The notes beneath the pieces are model-generated. The model was not told the DNA's origin, ran no database searches, and worked only from the letters and a program-made list of their open reading frames with translations. 64,000 nucleotides of DNA, taken from positions 1 through 64,000 of the IMG/VR virus record IMGVR_UViG_2974646641_000001, one strand, 5' to 3'. Origin of the DNA: a virus (taxonomy: Duplodnaviria; Caudoviricetes). Positions 29,495 through 39,107 of the stretch are shown in pieces (within the stretch, counting starts at the first letter, position 1; every line of letters begins with the position of its first letter). A program made the position numbers and the translations under genes.

Positions 29495-30087
29495 ACAAAA
29501 TTAAAACTGCATTTAACAACTTTATTTCTCAATTCGTAAAAACATTTGAAACTAACAAGACTAAGCCTAGCTACTGGTTACAAATTATCGGTTCTGTTTT
29601 AATCATCGGATTAGCTGTTGGTTCAGCATTCTTTGGTCTAAAGATTGACCGTAGTGATGTCCTTATGGTATTTACGGTTATTGGTTCAGTGCTTGCGTTC
29701 GTAGGTACTGTAACGGATAATTCTATCCTTGAAAATGTTGGTAACGGTATTAAAAACGATTCTGATAGTTTAACGAGTAGTGAACAAGACGTTCTCAACA
29801 AACTTGTCGAAGCTCAAAAGGCGATTGAAAATGCAAAGACACCAACTGAGCAAGCACAATTAGCATTAAGTGCCGCTAATGAAGCTCAATCTGTTGCAGA
29901 TAGCTTAGCAAATAAACTATCTAAAGAAGCCGTTTCAGACGCAGTCGTTAGTACGCAGGAAGTAGCACAGGTCGTAACCAGTGAATCAACAAGTGTCGCA
30001 GAGCCAGCTAGTGCTGTATCAGAAGTACCAGTAAGCGAAGCTACGTCAGAAGCTCCTACTAGCGAAACTCCTACTAGCGAAGCTTAG
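29491..30087 (+). CDS. holin-like protein with Ser/Glu/Thr-rich tail
   Basis: Two TM segments, then low-complexity SEA/PTSE repeats. Confidence 0.65.
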   Translation: MNKIKTAFNNFISQFVKTFETNKTKPSYWLQIIGSVLIIGLAVGSAFFGLKIDRSDVLMVFTVIGSVLAFVGTVTDNSILENVGNGIKNDSDSLTSSEQDVLNKLVEAQKAIENAKTPTEQAQLALSAANEAQSVADSLANKLSKEAVSDAVVSTQEVAQVVTSESTSVAEPASAVSEVPVSEATSEAPTSETPTSEA

Positions 30088-30148
30088 TATTAATCCTCAC
30101 AGTTATGTGAGGGTACATAAAATACAAAAAAAGGAATGGTGAGATACA

Positions 30149-31120
30149 ATGGAACTATTTAATCAAGAAGTCTGGGACACAAAAGTCAAAGATGAAGATA
30201 AAGAAGCCTTAGAAGATTACTTATTAGAGCTTGAAGCCAACGGTCGGGCCGTTAAGACTCGTTATCAGTATAAGGCAGATATTCGTGGATTCTTATGCTA
30301 TTCAAATAAGAAATATCCAAACAAAACTGTCACACAATTAAAGCGTAAAGATTTTCGTAATTTCTTCTTATTAATGCAACGTGATGGAACCAGCCATGCA
30401 CGTATTAATCGTTTTCAAAGTAGTATTAGAAATTTTCTGGAATATCTGACAATCAGTGAAGACTACGATTACGAAGTAAACCAAATGCACGCCATTAAGG
30501 GTCTTATCAAAGAACCTGTTAAAACACACACTTATTTAACAGATGGCGAAGTTAACATGTTGCTAGATTATTTAATTCGCCATAAGAAATACGAAAAGGC
30601 TTTATTTGTTAGCCTTGCTTATGAATCATGCGGTCGGCGGAATGAAATTCTACAAGTTAAAAAGGATAAATTCGTGGAATCAAATCAAACAAACACCGTT
30701 ATTGGTAAGCGTGCAAAACGCTTTAAATTAATCTATTTCAAGCGTACTCAACAAATCGCTGACCTTTATTTAAAGCAACGGGGCGATGATGACATTGATA
30801 GTTTATGGATTTCAGACTACGGTGACGAACGCCACGCAATTAACTACTCCGTGTTCTATGAATGGTGCAACCAATTCGGTCGTATTTTAACAAAACTCAC
30901 TGGTCATGAGGTTGCTGTTCACCCTCACGATTTCAGACGTACTGGTCTTGAAAACTACTCTACTGGTGTTCATCACGTATTAAAGGAAGCAGACAAGGAC
31001 GCATTACCTTTGGAAGTGCTGAAACTGGTTGCTCATCATTCAAGTTCTGAAACTACGCAAGGTTATCTACAAGACCATGATGATGACAAATTGAGTGACG
31101 CATTCGGAATTGAAATTTAA
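30149..31120 (+). CDS. tyrosine recombinase (integrase/Xer family)
   Basis: SAM-like N-domain; catalytic R (CGRRNE), HDFR, AHH, TQGY. Confidence 0.88.
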   Translation: MELFNQEVWDTKVKDEDKEALEDYLLELEANGRAVKTRYQYKADIRGFLCYSNKKYPNKTVTQLKRKDFRNFFLLMQRDGTSHARINRFQSSIRNFLEYLTISEDYDYEVNQMHAIKGLIKEPVKTHTYLTDGEVNMLLDYLIRHKKYEKALFVSLAYESCGRRNEILQVKKDKFVESNQTNTVIGKRAKRFKLIYFKRTQQIADLYLKQRGDDDIDSLWISDYGDERHAINYSVFYEWCNQFGRILTKLTGHEVAVHPHDFRRTGLENYSTGVHHVLKEADKDALPLEVLKLVAHHSSSETTQGYLQDHDDDKLSDAFGIEI

Positions 31121-31137
31121 TAAAGGGGTTTTAAACT

Positions 31138-31386
31138 ATGAATACAGTAGAAGTACAAGATGGCGAAGCAACTTTAACACGGGCAGTCCTATTCGATTGT
31201 CGAGCGAAAGGTATGTCAGCATTCCTCACGAAGCGTGACTTGGACGACTACCTTGAATTACTATACTATAAAGCCAACAAAGATGACAATAAGATTAATA
31301 AGCGAAAATACAACGCAATGGTTAAAAAGATGGATATTACTGAATATGATTATTATGGCGTAAAAATCGGTTATCTAGTAAAATAA
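31138..31386 (+). CDS. hypothetical protein
   Basis: ORF with AAGGGG SD. Confidence 0.6.
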   Translation: MNTVEVQDGEATLTRAVLFDCRAKGMSAFLTKRDLDDYLELLYYKANKDDNKINKRKYNAMVKKMDITEYDYYGVKIGYLVK

Positions 31387-31392
31387 TCAAAC

Positions 31393-31425
31393 AAAAAGGG
31401 CACCCGAAATTGGGTGTCCTTTTTT
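31393..31425. terminator. bidirectional terminator between convergent blocks
   Basis: AAAAAGGGCACCC-GAAATT-GGGTGTCCTTTTTT. Confidence 0.85.
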
Positions 31426-34400
31426 ATTTGTCGAAAACCAATCTTACTTTACTACCATATCCGTTAATCAACATTGCCGTTGTGCTAAGGTTATGGTCAC
31501 GTCTTAATCTAAACGAATCTTGCTGACGATAGCCGGTTACTACCAACTTATTACCTCTTTCCAGCCAACTGTCTGAAACACAATGACGGTTCTTACCTTG
31601 GCCGACCATTTCTTTTTTACCAAGTTTTGCGTACAATTGACGTCCTAAGGACACAATTGCTAAACCATCTGGTGTTAATAGGCTAACCGTTGATTTGATA
31701 TTATTCTTTGCCACAATGGTTCCTGCAATAATATGATTTTCATAGATTGAGAACTTGCGTCCGTTCCGGCTAGTCACTTCTTTAATGACTTTTGGTTCTG
31801 GTTCTAACTCATTAAACGCTTGATAATTGAGCATTGTTCCAAGCGTTGACACTTCAAGTTCATGCTTTTCAGGGTAGAAGTTTAACGCCTCAAAAGCCCA
31901 GTGTTCTGGATTCCCTTTGCATTCCTTAGTCCATAATTCAGCACAACGTTTTTTCCGCTCAATTTCAACCGCCTCTGGAGTTTTCAGCCACTCTTTTAAT
32001 GGTTTTGCAAACACATTAAACCATTTGTTATAACGTTTTGTATCAATGACAAGACGTTCATCATCAATGCTCCATAAGCTATCCTCTGGGGTCTTCTTTA
32101 ATCCGTTCTCGTATTCTACGATTAAAGGTTCAACGGTATTGAGGAACCAGCGACCAATCGGGCTATCAAGTTTAACGTCATTGTCCTTTACATGCTTTTT
32201 CATTAGATAAGCATTCTTTTGTAGCTCATATTCCTCTGGAATCTTATCTTTAATCTTTTTAATCTGAACTGTGGTTAGTTTTGCTTTTGGTTCTGTTACT
32301 TCGGAAATATAATCAATCATGAGCTTTCTACGGTCATTTTCAAAATAATTGAACGCTCCAGATTTGATTAGTAGAATCATCTTCTTAATTGAGAAGACTT
32401 CTTTATTCTTATCAATGAAGTCGTCTAGCGAATCATAGGGGCGATTGTCCATGATACTTTCAATTTCATTAGTGCCGATACCAGATATGGCATTTAGTCC
32501 CAGCAAAATATTTTTAGATTGTTCGGTAATCTTAGGGACGAATCCTACCTCACTACGGTTAATATCTGGATAGGTCACTAATCCTTTTGGAAGCTGGCCA
32601 ATCGCCGTTGCAAGCTTATTGTAGTCTGGATTTGCCATTTCATCACCATATGTCTTGGCATTGACCGATAATACAGCGGTTTGCCAATAAATTGGGTCGA
32701 ATCGGTAGCAGATATTCATTTCAACCATCAAAATCAATGTATATGGTAGTGAGTGACTAACCGAAAACGCGTACCCCGATTGAATAGAGATTTGTTCGTC
32801 CCAGACGTATTTTGCAAACTCATCTCTAAGACCGTGTTCCTTAGCTTTTTTCAAAAAGAATACGTGTTGTTCCTCTTGCTTCTTTTTGTCCTTTTTAGCA
32901 ATTGACTTCCGTAACTTGTTTGCCTCTTGCAATGAGTAGTCAGCAATCTTTAACACCATTTGCATTAGACGTTCCTGTGAGTTGTTTACCCCTTTATAAT
33001 CATCAAGCAGTTCGTGCATTAATTTCTTTTCATTGTCATTAAGCCCAGCATGGTTCATATCCATATCCCAGTCGCTAGGGTTGTTCTGATAGCGAATAAA
33101 ACGGTCAAGCGCTAGTTCATCGCTGTCACCACCGGTCAGTCGCATAAGACCATTGGCAGATACCAAAGCCATATAATCACGAGCGTTTAGCTTACGCAAC
33201 GTCTTATAACCAACTGATGAACTAAATTCAAAAGCGTCAATGACTTTCCCGTCAAACAGCATTTTGTACATTTCAGGATTAGTCATGTCCAGTGCTTCTG
33301 GGCCAAAATATTTCATATAGGTTTCACGCAACGTATCTTGTTTATTAACTAGACCATCTTTAATCAGCATATCAATCGCACAATGAACTTTATCCAAGGC
33401 TGATAATGATAGGAAGTCGAACTTAATCATGCCGGCATATTCAGAGTCGTCAGCGTCAAATTGAGTAACGGCAATTCCGTTTGGCGTGAGCATTGCGGCA
33501 TTATGTTCTGTATAGCCGTTGTTGGCAACCAACACACCAGAAGCATGTTCGCTACGGCCGACAACCAATCCGAATAAACCGATAATTGTTTCTTTCATAT
33601 TAGGGTATTTGTTTACTTCTGATAACAGTTTATTAGATGGTTTACGACCCTTTTTCTCATTACCAAGCAAAGCGTCTGTAATCGGCCACTCATCATGTCC
33701 GTCTGCTGGTAGCAAGGAAACAATATAATTAACTTCGTTGTTATCAATCCCTAAGCCACGTCCGGCGTACTTGATGGCCGCACGTGTTCCAATTGTCGTG
33801 AAAGTTGCAAAGTTAAGAACCTTATCTTTTCCGTATACTTCTTTAACTTTGTCAATAATTTTTTCGCGCTTCGAGGCTTCCGTATCTGTATCAATATCTG
33901 GATAGTTAGAAGCAGTGTTTTCCGTAACACGTTCGGCTGAAAGAAAACGGTAATGCGGTAAGTCATATTTTAAGGCGTCAACTTGCGTCAAACCAATCAA
34001 GTAGTTCAATAACCAGCATGATGAACTCCCACGGCCGGGGCCAACTAAGCTTTGGCTCCACATAATATCAACAAAGTCATGCTGTGCAATAAAATAAGAA
34101 CTCATTGGCTGGCCGATATTTTCAGTGATTTTGACAAGTTCTCCGACTTCCAAATCAAGGCGCTTTAGATAATCATTCTTATCCAACAGTCCGTGTTTTT
34201 TAAGGCCATCGAGAGCTAACTTCATCAAATAACCATCAGTTTCGTGTTCACTCTCAACCATAACCTTAATGTTTGGCAAGTCTTCACCGTGGTAGAAGTC
34301 TTCGTAAGTTGGTTTCTCAAACTCTGGAATGTGTCCCTTTGGAACAATTGGCGTATGTTCTAACGAATAATCCTGAACACGTTCAATGATTGAATGCAAG

Positions 34401-35284
34401 GCCGTGAACGCCTTTGTCAATGTATCATCATCAAAGAACTCAAATAGCTCCTCTACGCTGAATAAGTGCGCCGTATCGTAAACTGATAAATCTCTTTCTT
34501 GGTTTCGAGATAATAATAGGGCACCGTGTACAGGCCGTTGTGATTCATTCAAATAATGAGAATCGGTTGTAATAATAAATGGAACGCCAAGCGATTTGCT
34601 AATTCTCTTTAGCCAATTGTTGACCACCAGTTGTTCTTTGTTGTGACTTGGCATTAATTCAAGAAAGAAGTTGTCTTTACCGAACACTTTAATCGCCCAG
34701 TCAATCATGGCTTTTACTTTGTTAAGATGAACCTTGTCACCATCATCTTCGTAAGCTAGAAGCTCCTGTGCTACATATCCTCCAAGACAAGCTGTGCTTG
34801 CAATGACATGGCCTTTGTAATCACCGCTTTTCATAAGTGCTTCTATTTCACCGTAGAAGCTTGGAACACGTTCAGCACCATGATATACGTGATAATGGCT
34901 CCAAGCAAGTGAAGACTGCTTTTGAAGGAACTCGTGACCTTTCTTATCAAGAGCATTTAATAGGAAGTGGTTGAACTTGAAAGGCTCGTTAGCTTCCTCT
35001 GCCTTTTCCATCTCACTTTGGTCAACTAAGTAAATTTCGTTGCCTAAAACCAGTTTAATGTCCTTGAATTTATCTTGATTATCATGATAGTAGCGCTCGG
35101 CCTTAATGTGGTCGCTAAGAGATTCATGTCCCGTGAACGACACTGCTTTTAAACCGATTTTATTGGCGTAATCTAGCATTTCTTTTATGGTAATTGTACT
35201 ATCCAGAAAACGTAGGTTACTGCTAAGGTCTGTGTGGCCATGTAGATTGCCATATTTGTAAGCTATCAACTCATTTTTATCCAT
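31424..35284 (-). CDS. dnaE: DNA polymerase III alpha subunit (C family)
   Basis: PHP domain LHGHT, GPGRGSS, YPDIDTD, KFDFLSL, GYAFSVSHS, C-terminal OB fold. Confidence 0.95.
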   Translation of the reverse strand: MDKNELIAYKYGNLHGHTDLSSNLRFLDSTITIKEMLDYANKIGLKAVSFTGHESLSDHIKAERYYHDNQDKFKDIKLVLGNEIYLVDQSEMEKAEEANEPFKFNHFLLNALDKKGHEFLQKQSSLAWSHYHVYHGAERVPSFYGEIEALMKSGDYKGHVIASTACLGGYVAQELLAYEDDGDKVHLNKVKAMIDWAIKVFGKDNFFLELMPSHNKEQLVVNNWLKRISKSLGVPFIITTDSHYLNESQRPVHGALLLSRNQERDLSVYDTAHLFSVEELFEFFDDDTLTKAFTALHSIIERVQDYSLEHTPIVPKGHIPEFEKPTYEDFYHGEDLPNIKVMVESEHETDGYLMKLALDGLKKHGLLDKNDYLKRLDLEVGELVKITENIGQPMSSYFIAQHDFVDIMWSQSLVGPGRGSSSCWLLNYLIGLTQVDALKYDLPHYRFLSAERVTENTASNYPDIDTDTEASKREKIIDKVKEVYGKDKVLNFATFTTIGTRAAIKYAGRGLGIDNNEVNYIVSLLPADGHDEWPITDALLGNEKKGRKPSNKLLSEVNKYPNMKETIIGLFGLVVGRSEHASGVLVANNGYTEHNAAMLTPNGIAVTQFDADDSEYAGMIKFDFLSLSALDKVHCAIDMLIKDGLVNKQDTLRETYMKYFGPEALDMTNPEMYKMLFDGKVIDAFEFSSSVGYKTLRKLNARDYMALVSANGLMRLTGGDSDELALDRFIRYQNNPSDWDMDMNHAGLNDNEKKLMHELLDDYKGVNNSQERLMQMVLKIADYSLQEANKLRKSIAKKDKKKQEEQHVFFLKKAKEHGLRDEFAKYVWDEQISIQSGYAFSVSHSLPYTLILMVEMNICYRFDPIYWQTAVLSVNAKTYGDEMANPDYNKLATAIGQLPKGLVTYPDINRSEVGFVPKITEQSKNILLGLNAISGIGTNEIESIMDNRPYDSLDDFIDKNKEVFSIKKMILLIKSGAFNYFENDRRKLMIDYISEVTEPKAKLTTVQIKKIKDKIPEEYELQKNAYLMKKHVKDNDVKLDSPIGRWFLNTVEPLIVEYENGLKKTPEDSLWSIDDERLVIDTKRYNKWFNVFAKPLKEWLKTPEAVEIERKKRCAELWTKECKGNPEHWAFEALNFYPEKHELEVSTLGTMLNYQAFNELEPEPKVIKEVTSRNGRKFSIYENHIIAGTIVAKNNIKSTVSLLTPDGLAIVSLGRQLYAKLGKKEMVGQGKNRHCVSDSWLERGNKLVVTGYRQQDSFRLRRDHNLSTTAMLINGYGSKVRLVFDK

Positions 35285-35305
35285 TTTATTATCTTTCCTC
35301 TCGTA

Positions 35306-35950
35306 CTAATTATAGTCCTGTTCACCCATTAGTTGCTCAACTTTACGAGCTAACTCATCACCAAATTTATCTTTAATATTTTTTATCGCATTTTCATCTG
35401 CATAAGTTAGCCAGAAACCGCTTGTCTGATTGAGCTTACCTTTGAGAATACTATTAATGTTTCCGTGGCTAACTCCAAGTGACCTGCCAGCTTCACGTTG
35501 CGATTCAAAATGCAATACTTTCAATGTGCCTAATTTAACTGCAATTACAGGCGATTTAGGTGCATTATTTTTGTAATTTGTATGACCTAATTTATCCCGA
35601 TATGCAATGTTTTGTTTACGTGTACACCATTCCAAATTCTCAACATAATTATTAGCTGGGTTACAATCCCTGTGAATAACTTCTGGTAAATTGTCTGGAT
35701 TCGGCAAGAAACAAGTAGCGATTACTCTATGAACTAGTCGGTAGACTTTCTCCCCGTTTACGCTGAATTGTGCTATCATATAACCACACTTGTCGCAGTA
35801 TGGCTTCAAGACACGCCCCTTTATGAAGCACTTTCTGCCATTTTTTCGTATAACAATTCTATCGACCGTCCTAACACGCCCTAAATTACTCGCCTGAATA
35901 AAGTCAAATTCAGGGTAAGTTTTCCAAATCTCTTTTTCACTTTTATCCAT
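35306..35950 (-). CDS. NUMOD4-HNH homing endonuclease
   Basis: EIWK...ASNLGRVR, VHRVIA...EVIHRD...NLEWCT. Confidence 0.88.
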   Translation of the reverse strand: MDKSEKEIWKTYPEFDFIQASNLGRVRTVDRIVIRKNGRKCFIKGRVLKPYCDKCGYMIAQFSVNGEKVYRLVHRVIATCFLPNPDNLPEVIHRDCNPANNYVENLEWCTRKQNIAYRDKLGHTNYKNNAPKSPVIAVKLGTLKVLHFESQREAGRSLGVSHGNINSILKGKLNQTSGFWLTYADENAIKNIKDKFGDELARKVEQLMGEQDYN

Positions 35951-36019
35951 TGTTGTTTCCTCCTTTTTTCGATATTATTATAGTACCACACTCTGTTAAG
36001 TTTTGCAACCCTATAAACG

Positions 36020-36053
36020 CAAAAAACAGCCACCTTTTATAGTGGCTGTAATT
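36020..36053 (-). terminator. intrinsic terminator
   Basis: ACAGCCAC/GTGGCTGT stem with a T-run on the minus strand. Confidence 0.65.
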
Positions 36054-36419
36054 TTATTGTGGCTGTGTGAGCTTCTTCATATGTTCATCAATAATGTGGC
36101 TGACCTCATCGTTGTTGAAACCGACAGCTTGTAATACTGCATAAATGGCAAGTACATCTTTCTCGGCATATGATTTAATAGGTGTTTCTGTACCCGCAAC
36201 TGAAAATCCTTGCCCTAAATCAACGGCAATTGCACTAAATTTAGGGCTGTTGTAGAACGTGGCAAAGCTCTCGCCAGTCGGAACCTTGTGATTACCGTGG
36301 GCGTGGTTCCATCGGCTACGGGGTTGGTCGCCGTGAAAGACGGCGTAGTAACGTTTATAGATATTATTTGTCGGTGTCTTCATTGGACGTTTCGTAATAC
36401 TTTTGTGCTTCTTTAACAT
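36054..36419 (-). CDS. hypothetical protein
   Basis: ORF in operon; true start may be internal. Confidence 0.55.
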   Translation of the reverse strand: MLKKHKSITKRPMKTPTNNIYKRYYAVFHGDQPRSRWNHAHGNHKVPTGESFATFYNSPKFSAIAVDLGQGFSVAGTETPIKSYAEKDVLAIYAVLQAVGFNNDEVSHIIDEHMKKLTQPQ

Positions 36420-36675
36420 TTTTAGTGGCCTCCTCTAAGATTGAATCAAATTCATCAAGATATTCACGAACAGTTGTAACTTTCTTTTCGTTTTTATTAA
36501 TGACGGTTTGAGCATAATATTTCAGTGCGTAAATAACGTCTTTGTGGTAAGTTCGTTCAAATCGCGGTTTCCGTCCTTTTTTCTGGATTTTGTGAATTAA
36601 TATCACACCAGAAACAGAATATTCATTATTGATTAACAGCCAAGACGGCGATAGTTTAATTTCTAAAGACATCAT
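36364..36675 (-). CDS. hypothetical protein
   Basis: ORF coupled to the upstream HNH gene. Confidence 0.6.
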   Translation of the reverse strand: MMSLEIKLSPSWLLINNEYSVSGVILIHKIQKKGRKPRFERTYHKDVIYALKYYAQTVINKNEKKVTTVREYLDEFDSILEEATKNVKEAQKYYETSNEDTDK

Positions 36676-37298
36676 TGCACCTCCATTATTTTTGCGACTT
36701 TTTCAGCAACATAGTTACCAAACTTGGTTCTGGTATTCTCTACGGAATTATTATCAGCGTTTGTAAACCAGAAGTTGTGATGTTGTTTGTAGCGACCTTT
36801 GGTAACGTCTTTAATGGCTGGCTGATAAGCCCCTAACCGTCTGGCGGCTTCATGTTGTGATGGAAACCGCAAAACTTCTAACGTTTTTAAATTAACTGCA
36901 ATTACAGGCTTCTTTGGTTTGTTGTGGCGAGCTGTGTGACCTAATTTATCCCGATATGCAATGTTATCTTGGCGAGTGACCCACTCTAGGTTCTCTACTC
37001 GATTGTCGGTGCGAACGGCGTTCTTGTGGTTCACCTCTGGCAAGTCATCAGGATTGTCCAAAAAGCAACCTGCAATGATTCGATGGACTTTTTTGGTAAC
37101 TTGTTTGCCATCTGCACTAAAACACACATACATGTAACCACTTTTATCACGTTGTGGTTTCAAAATCCTCCCTTTAATCAACCGCTTGCCATTCTTGACT
37201 TTGACATATCTTTCAACCGTTCTAACTCTGCCAAAATCGCTTCCCTGAATAAAGCCAAACTCTGGATAAGTCCTCCAAATCTCTTTTTCCCTATCCAT
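36672..37298 (-). CDS. NUMOD4-HNH homing endonuclease
   Basis: EIWR...SDFGRVR, VHRIIA...EVNHKN...NLEWVT; own promoter TTGACT-17-TATAAT upstream. Confidence 0.9.
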   Translation of the reverse strand: MDREKEIWRTYPEFGFIQGSDFGRVRTVERYVKVKNGKRLIKGRILKPQRDKSGYMYVCFSADGKQVTKKVHRIIAGCFLDNPDDLPEVNHKNAVRTDNRVENLEWVTRQDNIAYRDKLGHTARHNKPKKPVIAVNLKTLEVLRFPSQHEAARRLGAYQPAIKDVTKGRYKQHHNFWFTNADNNSVENTRTKFGNYVAEKVAKIMEVQ

Positions 37299-37538
37299 AA
37301 AAATTCCTCCTTTTCAACTATGGCTCTATTATAAATCATCTCTGTCCAAAAGTCAACCATTTTTGAATAAAATCGGGATTTTACTCACAATTTTTGACCT
37401 GATAATCGCTATAATCCAATATACGCCTGTCAGACGGCTTCTAGGATATTTTACTAGGCGTCTGGTATAATAAGCCATGAGTTTTTCCAAAACAGCTCTG
37501 ACGGACTCTCACAAGACTATTTTTTCAGAACCGCCATT

Positions 37539-37853
37539 TTAGCGGCTGATTTTTGGTGGTTTTGGCAGATTACTTCTAAATAATCTAACTCTACACCAAC
37601 TCCGACCAAAAGAAATGTAATAGCCAAGTTTACTAAAGTATTGCTCAATTGCTTCTGCTCTATCGTCATCGGTACGTGTCCAGAAGTGGATATAAACATA
37701 ATCTTCACCATTTCTGACAGTCTTTTCAATTTCTCTCTTAATGACTTGTACCTTTTTATCATGTTCAATATCTTCAAGATAATATTCAACACGTGCTTCC
37801 TTATTCTCACGACTTAGTTCCTGTGCTTCTTTTGCGCTCATAAATTTCATCAT
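37539..37853 (-). CDS. hypothetical protein
   Basis: ORF in operon. Confidence 0.55.
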   Translation of the reverse strand: MMKFMSAKEAQELSRENKEARVEYYLEDIEHDKKVQVIKREIEKTVRNGEDYVYIHFWTRTDDDRAEAIEQYFSKLGYYISFGRSWCRVRLFRSNLPKPPKISR

Positions 37854-38206
37854 GCTTCGCCCCAATCAATTTTTACGTGCACTTCTTTAAAAAATCCGCC
37901 CCTATCCACGAACGGGTCTGCTGGCAGAGGAATGACCTTTGTAGTAATATTAAGTATCAAATTGTTCTTTCGTAAGTTTACCGCATATAATTCTTGATTG
38001 TAAAGCATATCCTCCAGCATTTTGGTTGGCTTATCATACGGTTCTTTACCATCAAACAGTCGACCGTACATTTCCAAACAATAATGACCATTTGACGCAG
38101 AACCACGCAAGGCTTCAACCAACGTGTCCCAGTAATCTGGTTTACCTTTTTCCTCAATTGCTTTTCTAGCTGATTCACGCAACTCTTTAAACAAATCTTT
38201 TTCCAT
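37850..38206 (-). CDS. hypothetical protein
   Basis: AAGGAG SD, promoter TTGACA...TATTAT upstream. Confidence 0.6.
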   Translation of the reverse strand: MEKDLFKELRESARKAIEEKGKPDYWDTLVEALRGSASNGHYCLEMYGRLFDGKEPYDKPTKMLEDMLYNQELYAVNLRKNNLILNITTKVIPLPADPFVDRGGFFKEVHVKIDWGEA

Positions 38207-38259
38207 TTCTATCATCTCCTTGCAATTATAATACCACATTCTAGTCAAGATGTCAATAA

Positions 38260-38290
38260 TAAAAAAAGAGGTGCATTACACACCTCTTTT
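38260..38290. terminator. bidirectional terminator-like hairpin
   Basis: AAAAAAAGAGGTG-CATTACA-CACCTCTTTT. Confidence 0.7.
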
Positions 38291-38294
38291 AATC

Positions 38295-39023
38295 TTACCA
38301 AGCGGTTGCTTGCCAAGCAACGATTCCTTGTTTGCGATATAATTGAGCGGCCTCGTTAATTTGTGTACCGACATTGCCGTGACTGGAACGCATTAACTGG
38401 AACAAGCCATGAGCACCGCTTCCTTCTGAATTATAAACGCCAACATTACCACGGCTTTCTCGATTGATAATCATACTCCAAGTCGAAGCAGATTCACCAG
38501 TTCGTGAACTCATCTCTGCGGCCACTTGATTAATTTCCGCTTGTGACAATTGACCAGAAGTCTTTGACATTAATCCTTGGCTACTTTGCTGTGGTTGCGT
38601 TTGCTGTGGTTGAACTTTTTGTGACTGTGTTTGTTGTTGTTGTGAGCTCTGCTGTGGTTGTGAACTCTGTTGAGGTTGAACTTTTTGTGGCTGAACCTGA
38701 TTTTGAGTTGTTGGAACTGAATAGCTAGGTGCCTTACTTGTCACCGCTGGTTGTTGTACCTTTGGTTGCGTTACTGCTGGGGCTTGCGTGTAAGTCGAAT
38801 GGTTAACTGCTGGTGCGCTGATTTCCAACTTGTCGCCAATATAAATCAGGTCTGGGTTGCTTAAATGGTTCTGTGTAACAATATCATTAATAGTCGTCCC
38901 ATGCTGATAAGCAATTTGACTAACAGTATCTCCAGCTTGAACAGTGTAAGTGTCCGCGTTGGCCGCTTGAACTCCGAGCGCTAAACCTAGTGCCATTGAA
39001 CTTGCTACCAATGCTTTTTTCAT
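38295..39023 (-). CDS. secreted LysM + lytic transglycosylase-like protein
   Basis: Signal peptide MKKALVASSMALGLALGVQAANA, LysM YTVQAGDTVSQIA, Gln-rich linker, IINRESRGN...GAHGLFQ. Confidence 0.82.
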   Translation of the reverse strand: MKKALVASSMALGLALGVQAANADTYTVQAGDTVSQIAYQHGTTINDIVTQNHLSNPDLIYIGDKLEISAPAVNHSTYTQAPAVTQPKVQQPAVTSKAPSYSVPTTQNQVQPQKVQPQQSSQPQQSSQQQQTQSQKVQPQQTQPQQSSQGLMSKTSGQLSQAEINQVAAEMSSRTGESASTWSMIINRESRGNVGVYNSEGSGAHGLFQLMRSSHGNVGTQINEAAQLYRKQGIVAWQATAW

Positions 39024-39107
39024 AAATAAAAAACCTCTTTCTTTATTTGATAACCATATTATAACATATAATTGTTTCAAAACAGTTACAGCGAAATTAC
39101 TTATTCT

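Noticed and set aside
31424-35284. Intein or intron in dnaE, terL or dnaB
   Set aside because: ORFs are continuous and of expected length; the only Hint domain is the separate gene at 61821
37026-37360. ORFs overlapping the HNH gene and its promoter
   Set aside because: Alternative-frame or antisense artefacts without translation signals
37380-37535. Non-coding stretch with an imperfect CAGACG/CGTCTG inverted repeat
   Set aside because: Pairing is weak and no repeated pattern supports a function
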